Assembly: GCA_026026165.1 (NCBI GenBank)
Contig: JAPEUD010000039.1
Location: forward strand, 62,001 to 126,000
Length of the DNA: 64,000 nt
Direction: 5' to 3'
DNA from: Sarea resinae
Lineage: Eukaryota
Below, one piece after another: positions 60,701 to 64,000 of the stretch; positions within the stretch are counted from its first letter, which is position 1; each line of letters starts with the position of its first letter. Made by a program: the position numbers and the translations under genes. The notes under the pieces are model-generated. The model was not told where the DNA came from and ran no database searches. It was given only the letters and a program-made list of their open reading frames with translations.

Positions 60701-62311
60701 AGCAGTGGCCAACATCCTGAACGTGGGGCTTACATGAATGGCAGTCAGGATCGACGACCGGAACCTCCTCGATCTGATCGGGATGAGAGGAGGGATCGTA
60801 GCTCACGTGGGCAATCCCCTAGGCGACCAGACGATCGCCGCGCTCCTGGGCATTATTCTAGGACCGAGGGACAATGGGATGAACGACCTCCACTACATGA
60901 GCGGGCTTCGAGTGGCGACTTGGGCTATGCTAGCCGCCGCTACGAGGAGACGCATCCTCCCACTGGCCCTCGTGGTGATCGCCCCGGCCGATCCAGTCAA
61001 GACTTTCCGCCTCCTGCTGATCGCTCCAGAGAGCTTTTTCAGCCTTCGGCTGCACCACCGCCTCCACTAGATCCTAATCACGGTCGATTGAATCGGGATC
61101 CCCATTCCGACCGCCAGCAAGACCCAAATTATGGACGGCTTAATGCGGGACCCGAGATTCCTTCAGGCCCACGTGCTAGGCTGCAAGGTGACCGTGAGAG
61201 AGGAAACCGCGTTGTGAGTGCTCCTCAGCCACAAATGGAGACGCGCCACCCAGAGCAGCCTCCACAGAGTCAAGGTCCCCAGGCTCCTGACAGACATCCG
61301 CCCACGGGGCCGGCTTCTCGAAGAGGACCACCTCGGCCGGGTCCTCAGTATGAACAATCTTCGGCCCCATCTGCTCCGTCTACACCAAGTACCGAGACGG
61401 CAACTACTGATATGTCAGGAGTCCATCCTGATCGCCTAAGAGCTTTTCAGATCACATCTGATACGCCAGGTTACGCGAATCCACCCCAGCAGCAGGCTTC
61501 AGCGGCCCCGCCTGCCCAAGTACCATCTCCTGGTCCATTGGGACCACCACCGTCAGGACCGCGGGGCTCGTTCCGTGGACCCCCTAATTCAGTGGCTCCC
61601 CCGCCACCGTCTCGGAATCCTCCGACTGGGCCAGCATCCACATCCGACAGAGTGCGTGGAGATAAGCGGTTTGCGGGTCTTCAGACTGTGTTGCAACAAG
61701 CTGGCTCTTCCAACGGGCCTGATCGAGACGAGCGCAGCACCAGCATTCGAGGACGAGGTGGCAGAGCTAGCAGTGGTGGAATGCCGTCACCGATGACCTC
61801 TGGCCCTCCCGTAACAAACATGAGCCGAGGCGACGCTATGCTTGGGAGGCCAGACCTGTTCGCCAGTCGTGCAGGTGGCCCTCCTACACCGGGGACGGAA
61901 GATGAACGTACCCCTACGCGGGACCATCGGAGAGAAAGCTTAAGGGACAACGAACGACGGTCTGGCCGCCACCATCCTAGTCGGTCCGATAGTCGAGGTC
62001 ACGAAGATGATAATAGACGGGACGAGGAGCGAGGTTCTTCTCGAAGAGATGAGCATCGAGAGCGGAGGAGTGCAGCAAGCGGCCGTGATGAGAGAGAAGG
62101 CCGACGAATTCGCGACGAGAGGGAGGAGAAGGATCCGAGGGAATATCGAGAAGAGCTCCCGATTGAGGAGGATCGGAGCCGTGGAGGAAGGAAGGATGAC
62201 AGAGATCGGGAGAGGCGAGAACGAAGGAAGAGGGGTCGTGCCGGCGAGGAGGCGGCGCCTGCTGATCGTGAACGCAACCATGGGAGCAAGAGGATGCGCC
62301 GGGCTCCTTGA
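54742..62311 (+). CDS. THO2: THO complex subunit 2
   Basis: Exons 54742-59469, 59519-59649 and 59701-62311. LLYRQSNYNLLREESEGYSKL, LIGAFDLDVGRVLDV, MKRISKTNVK, FYVTFWQLS and EYMHIRNAIIVL, then a long R/D/P-rich tail. Confidence 0.95.
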
Positions 62312-63773
62312 GAGGCGGGCATTACAGAGAGGATACTGTATTGACGAGATTGTGTTCTTCCAATGTTTCTTCGAAAGCGATGTCATGGGTGGCGTCTTGG
62401 TCGCATGAGTCTATGGGCGACTCGAGGCTTTAGCTATTGCAAACCTGTAGAATACTATGCTTTGGATCCTGGGGCTCTCGGGCGCTTTCTCTTCAACTAC
62501 GTGTTTTCTATCATCTCTTCTACGAGGGTATTGCTATGCCTCTATATGATATTGTTTCGCTTCGCTTTTTACTACTCGAAAAATGGCCGTGCTCGGATCA
62601 ATGGATGGGTGGGGATATGATTGACGGTCAGAGCCATGACATTTCCAATCCCCGTTCACACGGTTCTTTCTTGACCATCCCTGCCTGCTTTGCACATGCA
62701 AAGACTCGTCTATAGACCACTCACTGGTCGCTTGCTCTCCGTGGACGGCGTACTATGTAGTGGAGGCCTCGGTCGGTTGGTGGGCAAGGCAAGGCACTCG
62801 TCGGTCGGTTGGATAAGTTGAAGGTTGAAGCGGAGACGAGGGATGGACGGACGGATCATGATATGAATGAATCATGCCCGAACATCGAGCATCGAACAAC
62901 GGACATCGAACATGGAGCACTCGGTCTCTCGGTCCCTGAAGCCATCCCCGGAGCACTCTAGTCTCGTTCCCTCGTTACATACAGAGTCATGTACTCTCTA
63001 CTCATCGTCAGGTCCTCTCTGATGCATCCATCCATGGCGGTGCACCGACACGATGCATTCATTTATTATTGATTCATGGCTGATCGACGGGCGATCCTGC
63101 TTCCTGGCCTTGTCTTTTACTGTGATGGTACTCTACCAAGACGTGGCCACCGGATGGGACGACGAGACTGTCTTTGGAGGAAGACGCTATCATCAGCAAG
63201 CTGGATGATGTGGTTACTATGGATGTGGGATGGATCACCGCAAGGCCGTCTGATTCAGTGATTGATTATTGACTGATCTTCAGATTGCCCTCGTCGGAGT
63301 CGAAGCGACGGAGAGGCGAAGAGAGAGATGGGTCAATGTGATTGGTGGCGCCACGTTGACGGCTGGACTGGGAAGACGCAGGTTCCATCCATGGATATTG
63401 CGCTTCCACTGTATTCGGACCCATCTACGAAGTACAGTACTTTGTGCTCTACAGTACGCTCTCCCGCACATTCAACAATACTAGAGTATGAGCACTAACA
63501 GACCCAGTAGTCACTGCAGCTGTCAGTTGTCAATTGCCAGCAGTGGGAGGCGCTGTACTCCTAGAGTAGTCTGGACTCCAGAATAGAATAGTAGAGTACC
63601 GCAGCAGGTAGAGCTAGTGGAGTTAGCAGGTACTAGTGCTGCTAGCACCGAGAGCGTTCACGACCCAGTCTCAGTAGAGTGTAGAGGACTTTGTAGTAGC
63701 GCAGTTCTACTATGACTACTCTGTACTGACTCCCCCTGGACTCACTCACTCGCCCCCGTTCTGCACATGGGGC

Positions 63774-63999
63774 GAAGAAGAAGAAGAAGAAGAAGAAACA
63801 GAAGAAAAGGGGATTCGACTCTACCTAGTAGTAGGGCCCTCACCCCTACGCGACCTGTAGTACTTCAGTAGTGCTGCGCGGTCCTCCTCTTCTAGGCTGG
63901 GATCGTCTATTGGGAGGGACCTGCCTCTCCCCTTTCACCACCCCGGTCGTGTGCCGAACCCCCCTTGGGACGCTGGACGCTGGACGCTGGACGCTGGAC
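63774..63999. repeat. Short tandem repeats (GAA)8 and (GGACGCT)4
   Basis: (GAA)n at 63774-63797; GGACGCT x4 from 63968. Confidence 0.75.
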
Positions 64000-64000
64000 C

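Noticed and set aside
16417..62311. RNA quality-control or processing gene cluster (SMG6-like, VMS1, CWC24, THO2)
   Set aside because: The genes are spread over 46 kb among unrelated genes, and such functions are common among housekeeping genes.
1..64000. Autonomous transposon, Starship captain or secondary-metabolite cluster
   Set aside because: I recognised no transposase, reverse transcriptase, tyrosine recombinase, PKS or NRPS motifs in any ORF.

Overview
Gene-dense eukaryotic DNA from a filamentous ascomycete (Pezizomycotina), inferred from short GT-AG introns with CTAAC/CTGAC branch sites and from typical fungal orthologues. It holds 15 well-supported protein-coding genes: an inositol 5-phosphatase, an enoyl-CoA hydratase/isomerase, a RING protein, MTG1, MEF2, VPS17, an EST1/SMG6-like PIN protein, VMS1, a conserved hypothetical protein, a BAR-SH3 protein, a DUF2439 protein, ApsA/Num1, CWC24, a Nudix hydrolase and a sorbitol/xylitol-type dehydrogenase. 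A 16th, THO2, closes the set. I saw no tRNA, rRNA, transposase or CRISPR features. The most striking unexplained signal is a ~29-bp non-palindromic motif, TGAGACGTTCRACGRWWWTTGWCRRWAAC, with seven exact copies of the core GAGACGTTCGACG plus several degenerate copies. The strong copies lie only in intergenic DNA, at four sites (~2.4-2.6 kb, ~4.0-4.4 kb, ~28.0 kb, ~50.0 kb), and all are on the + strand whatever the orientation of the neighbouring genes. Other notable items are LC8-motif-like tandem repeats in ApsA, a GC-AG intron, an 80-bp tandem repeat, a cryptic intron-rich locus at 7.4-8.0 kb, and an 8.6-kb gene-poor stretch with decayed ORF-like fragments. All calls were made by eye and no database search was run.
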